A DNA stretch of 64,000 nt, taken from Acidobacteriota bacterium. Lineage in GTDB: Bacteria; Acidobacteriota; CAIWXX01. The stretch spans positions 192,001 through 256,000 of the forward strand of contig JBFMAF010000035.1 in the NCBI GenBank assembly GCA_040755995.1, read 5' to 3'. Shown one piece after another: positions 1-9,486 of this stretch (its first letter is position 1; each line of letters begins with the position of its first letter). The notes below the pieces were generated by a model that saw only the letters and a list, made by a program, of their open reading frames with translations, was not told the DNA's origin and searched no databases. A program made the position numbers and the translations under genes.

Positions 1-1
1 C

Positions 2-409
2 ATCTCGATCGCCTCGATCATCGGTTTCATCACGCTTTTCGGAATTGCCACGCGCAACGGGCTGATGATGATCTCACACATCCACCATTTGATCGCGCAC
101 GAGGGCGTGCGCGACGCGAAGACGGCCGTGACGCGCGGCGCCATGGAGCGCCTTTCGCCGATACTCATGACGGCTCTGGCCGCCGGGCTCGCGCTCATCC
201 CTCTTGCACTGCGCGGCGGTGAACCCGGAAGCGAAATTCAGACTCCCATGGCCGTCGTCATCCTGTGCGGCCTCCTTTCCTCTACCGCCTTGAACATGGT
301 CGTCGTCCCCACGCTCTATCTTCGCTTCGGCTCGATACACGCTCGTATGCGGCACCTGCGCCATGCCGAGGGGGAAACACAGTATGCTGCATCGAGCTAT
401 ATTGCTTGA
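2..409 (+). CDS. CusA/CzcA-family heavy-metal RND efflux permease, C-terminal part (runs off window start)
   Basis: Open frame from window start: [16 protein letters not shown]...[56 protein letters not shown], matching the last TM helices of HME-RND pumps. Confidence 0.9.
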   Translation: MSIASIIGFITLFGIATRNGLMMISHIHHLIAHEGVRDAKTAVTRGAMERLSPILMTALAAGLALIPLALRGGEPGSEIQTPMAVVILCGLLSSTALNMVVVPTLYLRFGSIHARMRHLRHAEGETQYAASSYIA

Positions 410-461
410 GGCGAAAAACATATTGCGATCGAGTCGAGTACTCCCCGCGGTGCGTCATCGC

Positions 462-519
462 GTACCCGTACCCGTTCCCGTTCCCGATTCCGACGGTGTC
501 CGGCTACGGGAACGGGTGC
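462..519. repeat. Hexamer-based imperfect palindrome (REP-like), copy A
   Basis: gTACCCG TACCCG TTCCCG TTCCCG ... taCGGGAA CGGGTGc; arms are reverse-complementary; intergenic. Confidence 0.7.
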
Positions 520-631
520 CGGCCTTCGGTCTGCGTACGGCATGTGACACGCCAGTCGGTCTGAGGTTCCGCCCCGCGAGAAACGATAGAGTTGGCGGAT
601 CGAGACCCGGTGCAACCCCGTGACCAACCAT

Positions 632-1366
632 ATGGCTCCTCGTCCTGCTGCGATGGTGGGGGCCTTGTGTGGTCTCGTTGCCGCAACATTCTTCGGCGCG
701 AGCACCCCTCTCGCCAAGATCCTTCTCCCCGCCGCAGGCCCCGTGGTACTGGCGGGGCTGCTCTACCTCGGCGCCGGCACAGCGATGGTCCTGGCTGGGT
801 TCCTGCCCGGCCGGCCGGGAATTCGGGCGGCGCGCCTCCGCAAATCCGACCTGGGCTGGTTGACCGGAATCGTGATCCTCGGCGGGATCATCGGACCTGT
901 GCTCATGCTGTACGGTCTGGCACGAGTCGGGGCGGTCGTCGCGTCACTTCTACTCAACCTGGAAGCCCCCTTCACGATGCTACTGGCTGTTTTCCTGTTT
1001 GGTGAACACATGGGACGAGCCGCGGCAGGGGCCGCATCAATCATCGTGGCGGGCGCAACGCTCCTGAGCTACAGACCCGGTGAGCTGAGCGCTGACTGGC
1101 TCGGCGTGCTGGCGATTGCCGGAGCCTGCCTGTGCTGGGCGGCCGATAACAACTTCTCTCAGCGCCTGTCACTCCGCGACCCGATTGCCGTCGTCCGAAC
1201 AAAGGCGCTGACAGCGGCCGCTGGCACGCTTTCGATCGCACTGGCCGCGGGTGAAGTGTTACCCGGTCCCTCCGTCATCATGCCCGCCCTCGTCGTCGGT
1301 GCAATTGGCTACGGGATCAGTATCCTTGCGGCGCGTCGCCAGCGGCGAGCGGGAGCGAGAAGGTGA
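632..1366 (+). pseudogene. DMT/EamA-family transporter, apparently 3'-truncated
   Basis: EamA-like text (ATFFGASTPLAK, LAGLLYLGAG, SLLLNLEAPFT, CWAADNNFSQRLS, GAIGYGISI) breaks off inside the second repeat and runs into the convergent kinase gene; start uncertain (620 GTG or 632 ATG). Confidence 0.7.
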
Positions 1367-4300
1367 AGGTGGAGCCCTGGCCGGGTGTGCTGTCGGCCCA
1401 GATCCGGCCTCCGTGGGACTCGATGATCCAGCGAGAAATGTAGAGACCCAGCCCGCTGCCTTGTATCGAGCTGCTTCGCGCCGAGCCGAGTCTCCGGAAC
1501 CTCTGGAACAGGTTCCCCATCTCCTCCGGCGGTATTCCCGACCCGTTGTCCTTGACTGACACATGCACCTCGGCATCCGAGGTTCTGAGCGATACGTGGA
1601 TGACTGGGGTCACGGGCGAGTACTTGACTGCGTTGCTGATGAGGTTGTCAATGATCTGGCGGAGACGAAGTGCGTCGGCGCGAACGCTGATCAGTCGATC
1701 GGCGGGTCCATCGTACGTGACATCGGCGTTTGTGCGGTGTTCTTCCACGGCCGACCGCACGAGCTCGTTGATATCTACCGACGTCATCTGAAGAGGCATG
1801 TTCCCAGACTCGATGCGGGACATAGTCAGCGTATCCGATGCCAGGGTCGCAAGGTGCTTGACCTGCTGCCGGATGATCGACAGTTTGTGCATTTCGTCAT
1901 CGTCGGCGCCGTGCTCGAGCAGCTCGGCATAGCCTTCGATCACCGTCAGCGGCGTGCGGAAGTCGTGCGAGACGATCGATACGACCTCGTCCTTGAAATC
2001 GATCGCATCGCGAAGGCTCTTGGTGCGTGCCTCGACCAGTTGCACCAGCTCGCGTTCCCTGATCTTCAGACGCCGTATTCGCAGAAGGTAGAGCCCCGCG
2101 CCGGCGAGAAGCGCTGAGACAAGGACCACCGCCGTGAACCAGTGCGTCTGATAGAAATGTGGTCTGAGCGTGAAGGACAGGGCGTCGCCGGCCTGATTCC
2201 AGATTCCGTCGTTGTTGCAAGCAATGACGTGGAAAGTGTAGTAGCCCGGGGAGAGGTTCGTGTAGTACGCGCTGCGGCGGTTTCCCGCATCCACCCATGA
2301 ACGATCCAGGCCGTCGAGACGATACTTGAAGCGCACCTTCTCCGGCGCGAGGAAGCTGAGCCCGGCGTAATGGAATTCGAGCCTCTGTCGGCCCGGGGGC
2401 AGCTCCATGTCGACGCCCAGACAGGCAGGTTCTGAATCAACGATCATCGCCTCGATCACGACGGGAGGAGGTGTGGAGTTGGTCTTCAGGCGCGCCGGGT
2501 CGACCACGACTGCGCCCTCAAGCGTTGCGAACCAGAGTTTCCCGTCCGGGGTTCGCAGTCCGGCCGGGCCGCCGCCGTTGCACCCGCTGCTGGCCATCCC
2601 GTCTGAGGGCCCATAGGCTGTGCAGGGAATCGAGGTAATGGCCCTCGTTGCGAAAGAATCGAGATCGGCCTTGCTGACGCGGTAGACGCCCTTGTTGCAT
2701 CCGATCCACAAGTTTCCCAGGGCGTCTTCCAGGATCTGGAAGATCACGTCGCTGAGGAGCCCGTCGCGGCTGGTGAAGGCAGAGAACTTGCCGTCCCTGT
2801 ATCGCGCGAGCCCGCCGCCGTAGGTGCCGATCCAGAGCGTGCCTTCGGCGTCTTCGTGGAGGCAGCGCACGAGGTTGACCGGCAGCCCTTCACCCACTCC
2901 ATAATGACTGAACCTGCCGTCCGCAAAGCGGTCCAGGCCGCCGTATGTGCCGATCCACAGTCGGCCGGCCCTGTCTTCGAGCAGGGCCCTGACCCGGTTG
3001 TCAGCCAGCCCCTGTTGCACGGAGTACCTCATCCACGTTCTTCCGTCGTACCTGCACAACCCGCTGGTCTCCGTACCGAACCAGAGCGCCCCTGAGCGCG
3101 TTTCGCAGATGGTCCTGACTCCGGCCGGGGCGCCGCCCGCGGCGCCGCCGGCGGCATAGCTTACGAAGCGACCCCCGGCGAGGCCGTACAGTGCCTGTCG
3201 CGTGCCCACCCAGAGATGCCCCTTGGAATCCTCCAGAAGCGCCATCACCTCGGCCTGATGCAACGCCTCCCCGGATCGCATCGACACGAAGGCCCCGCCT
3301 TCAAACCGCGCGACCTCCCCGTGCCAGCCGGCCGCCCAGAAACCACCGTCGCGCGATCCCGCGATAGAGTTGATCTGTTCCACCGGCAGTCCCTGCTTCA
3401 AACCGAAAGTCGTGAATACCGAGTCCTTGAGCCGATTCAGACCGCCGGACCCGGTCCCAATCCAGAGACTCCCTTCGCTGTCCTCCGCGATCGCCGTGAT
3501 GAGGTCGCTGGACAGCCCATCCGAGGCACGAATCGAAGAGAAAGCCCCGTCCTTGAGCCTGTTCAGCCCGCCGTTTGTACCGACCCAGAGGCATCCGTGC
3601 CTGTCGCACAACAGGGTGCGGACATAGTCATCGGACAGGCCATCGCGCCTCGTGTACGTCTGGAAGCCCTCGGGCCTCATTCTCGCGAGCCCACGCGTGG
3701 TGCCAGCCCACAGGTCTCCCGGCCCGTCCTCGGCCATGCATAACACGGTATTGCTACCTAGCCCATCCTCCCGTGTGTACCTCCTCGACTTCCCGCCCTG
3801 GACACGCAGCAACCCGGATCCGGTCCCGATCCACAGGACGCCGGCCCTGTCGACGTAGAGACATCCAATCGGTTCAAGGGGGACACCTGACTCTGGTCCG
3901 CACGTTTCGAACGATCCTTCTCGATAGCGGCTCAGACCGGCGGGAGTGCCAACCCAGAGTGCGCCGTCTGGATCCTGCGAGAGCGCCGTGACCGAATTGC
4001 TCAGCAGCTCCCGCGGGCTCACTTCGACGAAGTGATACTTCGCCTGCGCAAGAAGGCCGCCGCCGTAAAGCCCCAGATATAGCGTGCCATCGCGGCCTTC
4101 CAGCAGAGCCTGCACGTTGCTCGTCCTCATCGCATCGGTGTTCGCTCTGTCGAACACCGTGAAGCGCGCGCCGTCGAATCGGGCGAGCCCCTCTTCGGTG
4201 CCGATCCAAAGGTACCCGTCGCGACTCTGAATCAGCGTTTGAACCGAGTTCTGCGGCAGGCCGTCGGCGGTCTGCCAGACATCGAGTGCATACTGAGTGA

Positions 4301-4400
4301 GCTCCTTGGACGGATCGAGCGCGAGCAGAGGCGCAGCAGAGGCGAGGGCGAGAATCGACACAAAGAAGACGCTTTTCGCAGCACACCCGCTCACGAGCAT
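1317..4400 (-). CDS. Sensor histidine kinase with two-component regulator beta-propeller and Y_Y_Y domains, HisKA + HATPase
   Basis: Signal peptide, repeated GLxxNxV/D..G.LWIGT blades, YTNLSPGYYTFHV, TM, SHDFRTPL, NLISNAVKY, DNGSGI, GSGLGL; GGGGAG RBS before ATG at 4400. Confidence 0.93.
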   Translation of the reverse strand: MLVSGCAAKSVFFVSILALASAAPLLALDPSKELTQYALDVWQTADGLPQNSVQTLIQSRDGYLWIGTEEGLARFDGARFTVFDRANTDAMRTSNVQALLEGRDGTLYLGLYGGGLLAQAKYHFVEVSPRELLSNSVTALSQDPDGALWVGTPAGLSRYREGSFETCGPESGVPLEPIGCLYVDRAGVLWIGTGSGLLRVQGGKSRRYTREDGLGSNTVLCMAEDGPGDLWAGTTRGLARMRPEGFQTYTRRDGLSDDYVRTLLCDRHGCLWVGTNGGLNRLKDGAFSSIRASDGLSSDLITAIAEDSEGSLWIGTGSGGLNRLKDSVFTTFGLKQGLPVEQINSIAGSRDGGFWAAGWHGEVARFEGGAFVSMRSGEALHQAEVMALLEDSKGHLWVGTRQALYGLAGGRFVSYAAGGAAGGAPAGVRTICETRSGALWFGTETSGLCRYDGRTWMRYSVQQGLADNRVRALLEDRAGRLWIGTYGGLDRFADGRFSHYGVGEGLPVNLVRCLHEDAEGTLWIGTYGGGLARYRDGKFSAFTSRDGLLSDVIFQILEDALGNLWIGCNKGVYRVSKADLDSFATRAITSIPCTAYGPSDGMASSGCNGGGPAGLRTPDGKLWFATLEGAVVVDPARLKTNSTPPPVVIEAMIVDSEPACLGVDMELPPGRQRLEFHYAGLSFLAPEKVRFKYRLDGLDRSWVDAGNRRSAYYTNLSPGYYTFHVIACNNDGIWNQAGDALSFTLRPHFYQTHWFTAVVLVSALLAGAGLYLLRIRRLKIRERELVQLVEARTKSLRDAIDFKDEVVSIVSHDFRTPLTVIEGYAELLEHGADDDEMHKLSIIRQQVKHLATLASDTLTMSRIESGNMPLQMTSVDINELVRSAVEEHRTNADVTYDGPADRLISVRADALRLRQIIDNLISNAVKYSPVTPVIHVSLRTSDAEVHVSVKDNGSGIPPEEMGNLFQRFRRLGSARSSSIQGSGLGLYISRWIIESHGGRIWADSTPGQGSTFTFSLPLAAGDAPQGY

Positions 4401-4587
4401 CCTGTGCTCCCCGTCTGTCAACAGAGATCACCGCACATTGGGGGCGCGCCGCGATCCGGGCACCCCTTTCACCTGTCCAGCGCATCCGAGCCTACTCAGG
4501 TGAAACAATGATGTCAAACTCCGGGAAGTGGGGGAATGGGGGGTGCTTAGCGGATCTGTGCGAGGGCTTGGTCGCCGCTCCCAAGCA

Positions 4588-4662
4588 GTACCCGTACCGC
4601 TTCCCGTACCCGTTCCCGGGCCATCCCTCTCTGGGACGCGAACGGGTACGCATACGGGCACG
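4588..4662. repeat. Hexamer-based imperfect palindrome (REP-like), copy B
   Basis: gTACCCG TACCGC TTCCCG TACCCG TTCCCG ... gcgaaCGGGTA cgcataCGGGCAcg. Confidence 0.7.
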
Positions 4663-4868
4663 CTCCGTGTTGCTTATCGACAGGGCACCTGCATGCTCCC
4701 GAGCGCCTCGAAACCCGCGGCGCACTGATGGGTCAGAGCTGCGCCCCCCGCCCCCAGAACCGTTGCGCGCACGAAATGCAGTGGCGGCCTGTTGGAGCAG
4801 TCTGCGGTGTGTTCGGTCTTGGGATTCAGCTGTTCGGCATCGAAGCTCTCGCCGTCCTCGTTCTCGGC

Positions 4869-5435
4869 TTATTGCTCTGACTCCAACCGTCGGCGCTCCA
4901 GTTGGTCCAGGATTTCCGGCGCACCCTTCAGCTCGGCCAGTGGGCGCAACTGTTCGTGGATATAAGCCCAATCGAGTCTGCCGGTCTGTCGGACGATGAC
5001 CCGCTCGATGTCCACCCAATCCTGCCCACGGCCGGCAAACGCCTTCAGCACGATCAGGTCTTCAGCCGAACAGGTGCGCAGGAAGACCTTCGGCGGATAG
5101 TCGAAGCAGGAGGATCGTTGCACGACCAATTCCTCGAACGGCAGCGCGCCTAGCGCCACATCCAGGCCGACCCCGTTGCGCGAGCGGAGCAGCAGCACCC
5201 GCCGATCGAGGGCGAACCGCGCAGCGTCGGGAATTCTACCGTCGAAATGTTGGAGCAGAACTTGGATGAATCGCTCCTCCCCGCCGAAGCCGGTCAGCAG
5301 CGTCAGATCGGCGTCCACGGTCTCCCGTGGCTCACCCCAACGCTGGAGCGCGAGTCCGCCGATGAAACAGAATCGCCAACCCTGCGCCTCGCAGACCGCC
5401 TGCAGTTCGGCCGCCGCTTGGATGACTTCAGTCAC
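4869..5435 (-). CDS. Nucleotidyltransferase-fold protein (AbiEii/DUF6036-like), putative toxin
   Basis: FIGGLAL..WGEPRETVDAD and SAEDLIVLKAFAGRGQDWVDI motifs typical of pol-beta-like NTases in TA pairs. Confidence 0.75.
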   Translation of the reverse strand: MTEVIQAAAELQAVCEAQGWRFCFIGGLALQRWGEPRETVDADLTLLTGFGGEERFIQVLLQHFDGRIPDAARFALDRRVLLLRSRNGVGLDVALGALPFEELVVQRSSCFDYPPKVFLRTCSAEDLIVLKAFAGRGQDWVDIERVIVRQTGRLDWAYIHEQLRPLAELKGAPEILDQLERRRLESEQ

Positions 5436-5688
5436 GGCGTATTGCTTTCATGAACCAGCGCTGTTGTTCGACGAGGCCCGACGACGGCTTCGGCGCGCGG
5501 GGCGGCCTCGTATAATCAGCGGGGCCGCAGAGCCGCGCGATGGCCTGGTACGTATCGAGTGCGCGAAGCTCCTTGCGTCGAATACGCTCCAGGTCCGCAC
5601 CGGCCAGCTTCCAGGTCTCGACCCATCGTTTGCCGAGCGCGACCTGCTCCGGCGTCCAATCGGCAAGGGCCGATGGTTCATGCTTCAC
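5428..5688 (-). CDS. Small hypothetical protein (86 aa), putative partner/antitoxin of the downstream NTase
   Basis: In-frame GTG at 5688; WKLAGADLERIRRKELR...SSGLVEQQRWF; stop overlaps NTase start by 8 nt. Confidence 0.65.
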   Translation of the reverse strand: MKHEPSALADWTPEQVALGKRWVETWKLAGADLERIRRKELRALDTYQAIARLCGPADYTRPPRAPKPSSGLVEQQRWFMKAIRRD

Positions 5689-5770
5689 GGGATAAGGGTA
5701 ATCGAATCTGCTCCGGAAAGAAAGCGCAGAGCATACTATTCGGATGGCCGCGAAGAGGCACAAGAACACG

Positions 5771-6202
5771 TCAACGCCGGCCGATTCTGCTGAAACCCGC
5801 GTAGCGCCGGAGAAACTCCTCGACACCTTCCCTGCGAAAGACCCCGATATCCCACCGCGTACGTGTGATCCTGTGGCGTTCGCCGTCGCGAAGCAGGTAG
5901 GCGTCGGCCTCCATCGGCTCGCCAGTTCCGGTCTCCACGCGTATCGACGTTCGCACATACCATTCGCCCTCGAACTGATCCAGTACGCGGACGGTTGCCT
6001 CGCCGATACCCAGGTAGACAACACCGCGTGTCTCAGCGCCTTCTTCGGGGATCAGTCCCGGATAGAGCTCTCCCTCGATCGCATACCGTGCGTACCCGCG
6101 CGCAATCGCCGGAGTCCAGGCGAATGCGCGTCCTGTGACGGTTCCCATGATCTCGGGCAACATCAGCGTCCCGTACGTGAAAACGTTGATGGAGTCTGCC
6201 AC
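5771..6202 (-). CDS. Gamma-glutamylcyclotransferase (AIG2-like) family protein
   Basis: VFTYGTLM, YPGL, LDQFEG..Y.R motifs. Confidence 0.85.
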   Translation of the reverse strand: MADSINVFTYGTLMLPEIMGTVTGRAFAWTPAIARGYARYAIEGELYPGLIPEEGAETRGVVYLGIGEATVRVLDQFEGEWYVRTSIRVETGTGEPMEADAYLLRDGERHRITRTRWDIGVFRREGVEEFLRRYAGFSRIGRR

Positions 6203-6465
6203 AGCGTCCCTCGCCTGAGACGACCTTATCCCCGCCGCCCGCGCACGTCAACCGCGCCATGGACCAATCTGCCCGTTGCGGCCGGCCGCCCGGCCGCCGG
6301 CGATCCTCGTCGATCTCGACGCGATCTGCTATGCTTAGTACAGCTGCCGGATCGGGGCAGCTGGGATCTCCGAGCCGCACGCCGCTACGGCTGGATGCTA
6401 TGCGGGGCGGTCGATAGGGTATGGCTGGAAACGGCCATCACCTCCCGCGTTTGGAAAGGAGAGAA

Positions 6466-8103
6466 ATGATGAACGCGATCTACCATGTTCCCCAGCCCAA
6501 GAACGAACCCATCAAGCCCTACGCTCCCGGTTCTCCGGAGCGCGCCGAGCTGAAGGCGAAGCTCAAGGAGATGAGGAGCACCGAGATCGAGATTCCTCTC
6601 ATCATCGGCGGCAAGGAAGTCCGTACGGGCAATTTCGGAACATGCGTGATCCCCCACGAGCACGGCCATGTGCTGGCGCGATATCACAAGGCGGGCCCGG
6701 AGGAGCTCAAGCTCGCCATCCTGTCGGCCATGGACATGTGGACCTGCTGGTCACGCACCAACTACCAGGAGCGGGTGGCGATCGTGTGGAAGGCGGCCGA
6801 GATCATCGCCAACCGGATGCGCTCCACGTTGAACGCTGCGACGATGCTCGGCCAGAGCAAGACGGCGCACCAGGCGGAGATCGACGCGGCATGCGAGCTC
6901 ATCGACTTCCTCCGCATGAACACCTACTTCATGCAGCTCATCTACCAGATCCAGCCCGAGAATTTCGAAGCCACGTGGAACCGGCTCGAGTACCGGCCCC
7001 TGGAAGGTTTCGTCTTTGCGATTTCGCCTTTCAACTTCACCGCGATCACAGGCAACCTGTCCATGGCGCCCGCCCTGGCGGGCAACGTCGTGCTCTTGAA
7101 ACCCGCGTCGACCGCCGTCTACTCTGCGTACTACATCATGCAGGCATTCCGCGAGGCCGGACTGCCGGACGGCGTCATCAATTTTGTGCCCGGAGACTCG
7201 ATGGTCATGACGCAGCACGTCCTGACGCATCGTGATCTGGCCGGCGTGCACTTCACGGGCTCCAACAGTTCCTTCAACCAGATCTGGAAAACGATCTCGG
7301 ACAACCTCACAAGCTACAAGTCGTACCCGCGGATCGTAGGCGAGACCGGAGGCAAGGACTTCGCTGTTGTTCATGCATCGGCCGACGTCAAGGGCGCGGC
7401 CACGGGGCTCGTTCGCGGCGCATTCGAGTACCAGGGCCAGAAGTGCTCGGCCACCTCCCGCGCATACATTTCCAAAAGCATCTGGCCGGCGCTCGAACGG
7501 CAGCTGAAGGAGTTCCTGGCGCGGGTGAAGGTGGGCCCGGTGGAAGACTTCACCAACTTCATGGGCGCCGTGATCGACAAGAAGGCGTTCGACGACATCG
7601 TCTCCTACATCGAATACGCGCGCCATCACAGGGATGCCGAGATTGTGCACGGCGGGACATACGACGATAGGACCGGCTACTTCATCGACCCGACGATCGT
7701 CGTCACTCGCGACCCGCACTTCAAGCTCATGGAGGAAGAGATATTCGGCCCGGTGCTCACCGTGTACACATACGATGACAACGACTACGAGCGGGTGCTT
7801 CGCCTCTGCGACACAACCTCGCCTTACGCCTTGACCGGTGCAGTGTTCGCGCAGGATCGCATCGCCATCGCGCTCGCAGACGATCGACTACGCCACGCCG
7901 CCGGCAACTTCTACATCAATGACAAGACGACCGGCGCCGTCGTAGGTCACCAGCCGTTCGGCGGTGCGCGCGCATCCGGCACCAACGATAAGGCCGGCTC
8001 GATCTACAACCTGCTCCGCTGGATTTCCGTCCGGACCATCAAGGAGTGCTTCGCCTCACCCCAGGACATCGGCTACCCGTTCCTCGCCCGCGATTCCGAG
8101 TGA
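6466..8103 (+). CDS. pruA: L-glutamate gamma-semialdehyde (delta-1-pyrroline-5-carboxylate) dehydrogenase
   Basis: QAEIDAACELIDF, SPFNFTAI, HFTGS, GETGGKDF, FEYQGQKCSA, EEIFGPV, ASGTNDKAG; AGGAGA RBS before ATG 6466. Confidence 0.95.
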   Translation: MMNAIYHVPQPKNEPIKPYAPGSPERAELKAKLKEMRSTEIEIPLIIGGKEVRTGNFGTCVIPHEHGHVLARYHKAGPEELKLAILSAMDMWTCWSRTNYQERVAIVWKAAEIIANRMRSTLNAATMLGQSKTAHQAEIDAACELIDFLRMNTYFMQLIYQIQPENFEATWNRLEYRPLEGFVFAISPFNFTAITGNLSMAPALAGNVVLLKPASTAVYSAYYIMQAFREAGLPDGVINFVPGDSMVMTQHVLTHRDLAGVHFTGSNSSFNQIWKTISDNLTSYKSYPRIVGETGGKDFAVVHASADVKGAATGLVRGAFEYQGQKCSATSRAYISKSIWPALERQLKEFLARVKVGPVEDFTNFMGAVIDKKAFDDIVSYIEYARHHRDAEIVHGGTYDDRTGYFIDPTIVVTRDPHFKLMEEEIFGPVLTVYTYDDNDYERVLRLCDTTSPYALTGAVFAQDRIAIALADDRLRHAAGNFYINDKTTGAVVGHQPFGGARASGTNDKAGSIYNLLRWISVRTIKECFASPQDIGYPFLARDSE

Positions 8104-8109
8104 GCGGGC

Positions 8110-9486
8110 TCAGGAACTGCGGCTCGGGCCTTTCCCGCGGGCCGTGCCGATGTCGATACCCAGCTGGCGGCACTTCTTGTAGAGGTGGCTGCGTTCCAGG
8201 CCCAGCGCCGCTGCCGTGTCGGTCATGTTGTGGTCGCGACGTCCGAGCTCCGCCAGGATCATCTCGCGCTCGATCGCGGCCAACCTCTCGGCGAGCGTGC
8301 CTGCGGCAGGCGCAGCCGGACGCCCCGCGGCCGCCGGCGGCAGCACGGCCCTGACATCTTCGACCCGCACCTCGGTCTCGGCCAGCAGCAGGAGCCGCTC
8401 GACCACGTTGCGAAGCTCGCGAACATTGCCGGGCCAGGCGTATCGTCTCAGCTCGTCGAGTGAATCCGCGTGGAAGCCCTTCGTCTTCCACCCGTTCTGC
8501 TCGCTCACCTGTCGCGCGAAGTGCTCCACCAGCACCGGGATGTCGTCCTGCCGATCCCTGAGCGGAGGCAGCTGCAGGGGAAATACGAAAACGCGGTGGT
8601 ACAGGTCCTCGCGAAAGGAGCCCCGAGCGACCAGCTCACGCAGGTCGCGATGCGTTGAGACCAGAACTCTGGTGTCGGCACGGATCGGCCTGTCACCACC
8701 TACGCGCTCGACCTCGCCCTCCTCCAGCACCCTCAACAGCTTGGCCTGCATGTCGGCGGGCATGTCGCCGATCTCGTCCAGCAGCAGCGTGCCGCGGTGC
8801 GCCTGTTCGAACTTGCCGGCGTGCCTGTTGGCCGCGCCCGTGAAGGCTCCCTTCTCATACCCGAACAGCTCCGCCTCGATCAACTCCGCCGGCACCGCAG
8901 CGCAATTGACGGCGACGAACGGCCCGTCCCGCCGCGGGCTCGATTCGTGGATCGTCCTCGCCACCAGTTCCTTGCCCGTCCCCGTCTCCCCCAGGATGCA
9001 TACGCGCGACTCGCTCGCCGCGACCCGCTTCACCTGCGCCATGACGCGCTGCATCGCATCGCTTCGCCAGACCAGCTCGTGGCGGCCGAGGCGCTGGCGG
9101 AGCTGCCTGTTCTCCTCGTCGAGGCGGCTCATGCGGAGCGTGTTTTCGACCGTGAGCAACAGCTTGTCGCTCGACAGCGGCTTTTCCAGAAAATCGGCGG
9201 CTCCAAGGCGCGTGGCGCGCACCGCCATGTCGACCGTGGCCTGGCCCGAGATCATGATCACCGGTGTCGTCACGCCGAGCTTCTTGATCTCGTCGAGCAT
9301 CGCGATGCCGTCTTTCCCGGGCATCACGACGTCGGACAGGATCAGGTCGAAACGCTGCGTCCCGATCAGCTCGACCGCGCGGTCCGCGCTCTCGCACACG
9401 GTCGCCTCGTAGCCGGCGAGGCGGAACATCCGCGCGAGCGACGATAGCGTGTTTGGATCGTCGTCGACAACCAGCACGTGGCTCAT
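8110..9486 (-). CDS. Sigma54-dependent response regulator (NtrC/NtrX family: REC-AAA+-HTH)
   Basis: LVVDDD receiver, GETGTGKE, intact GAFTGA, LLDEIG, WPGNVRELRN, Fis-type HTH. Confidence 0.95.
   Translation of the reverse strand: MSHVLVVDDDPNTLSSLARMFRLAGYEATVCESADRAVELIGTQRFDLILSDVVMPGKDGIAMLDEIKKLGVTTPVIMISGQATVDMAVRATRLGAADFLEKPLSSDKLLLTVENTLRMSRLDEENRQLRQRLGRHELVWRSDAMQRVMAQVKRVAASESRVCILGETGTGKELVARTIHESSPRRDGPFVAVNCAAVPAELIEAELFGYEKGAFTGAANRHAGKFEQAHRGTLLLDEIGDMPADMQAKLLRVLEEGEVERVGGDRPIRADTRVLVSTHRDLRELVARGSFREDLYHRVFVFPLQLPPLRDRQDDIPVLVEHFARQVSEQNGWKTKGFHADSLDELRRYAWPGNVRELRNVVERLLLLAETEVRVEDVRAVLPPAAAGRPAAPAAGTLAERLAAIEREMILAELGRRDHNMTDTAAALGLERSHLYKKCRQLGIDIGTARGKGPSRSS

Noticed and set aside
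5689..6024. Upstream part of the 198-aa ORF 5428-6024
   Set aside because: Overlaps the GGCT gene; only the last 86 codons look coding
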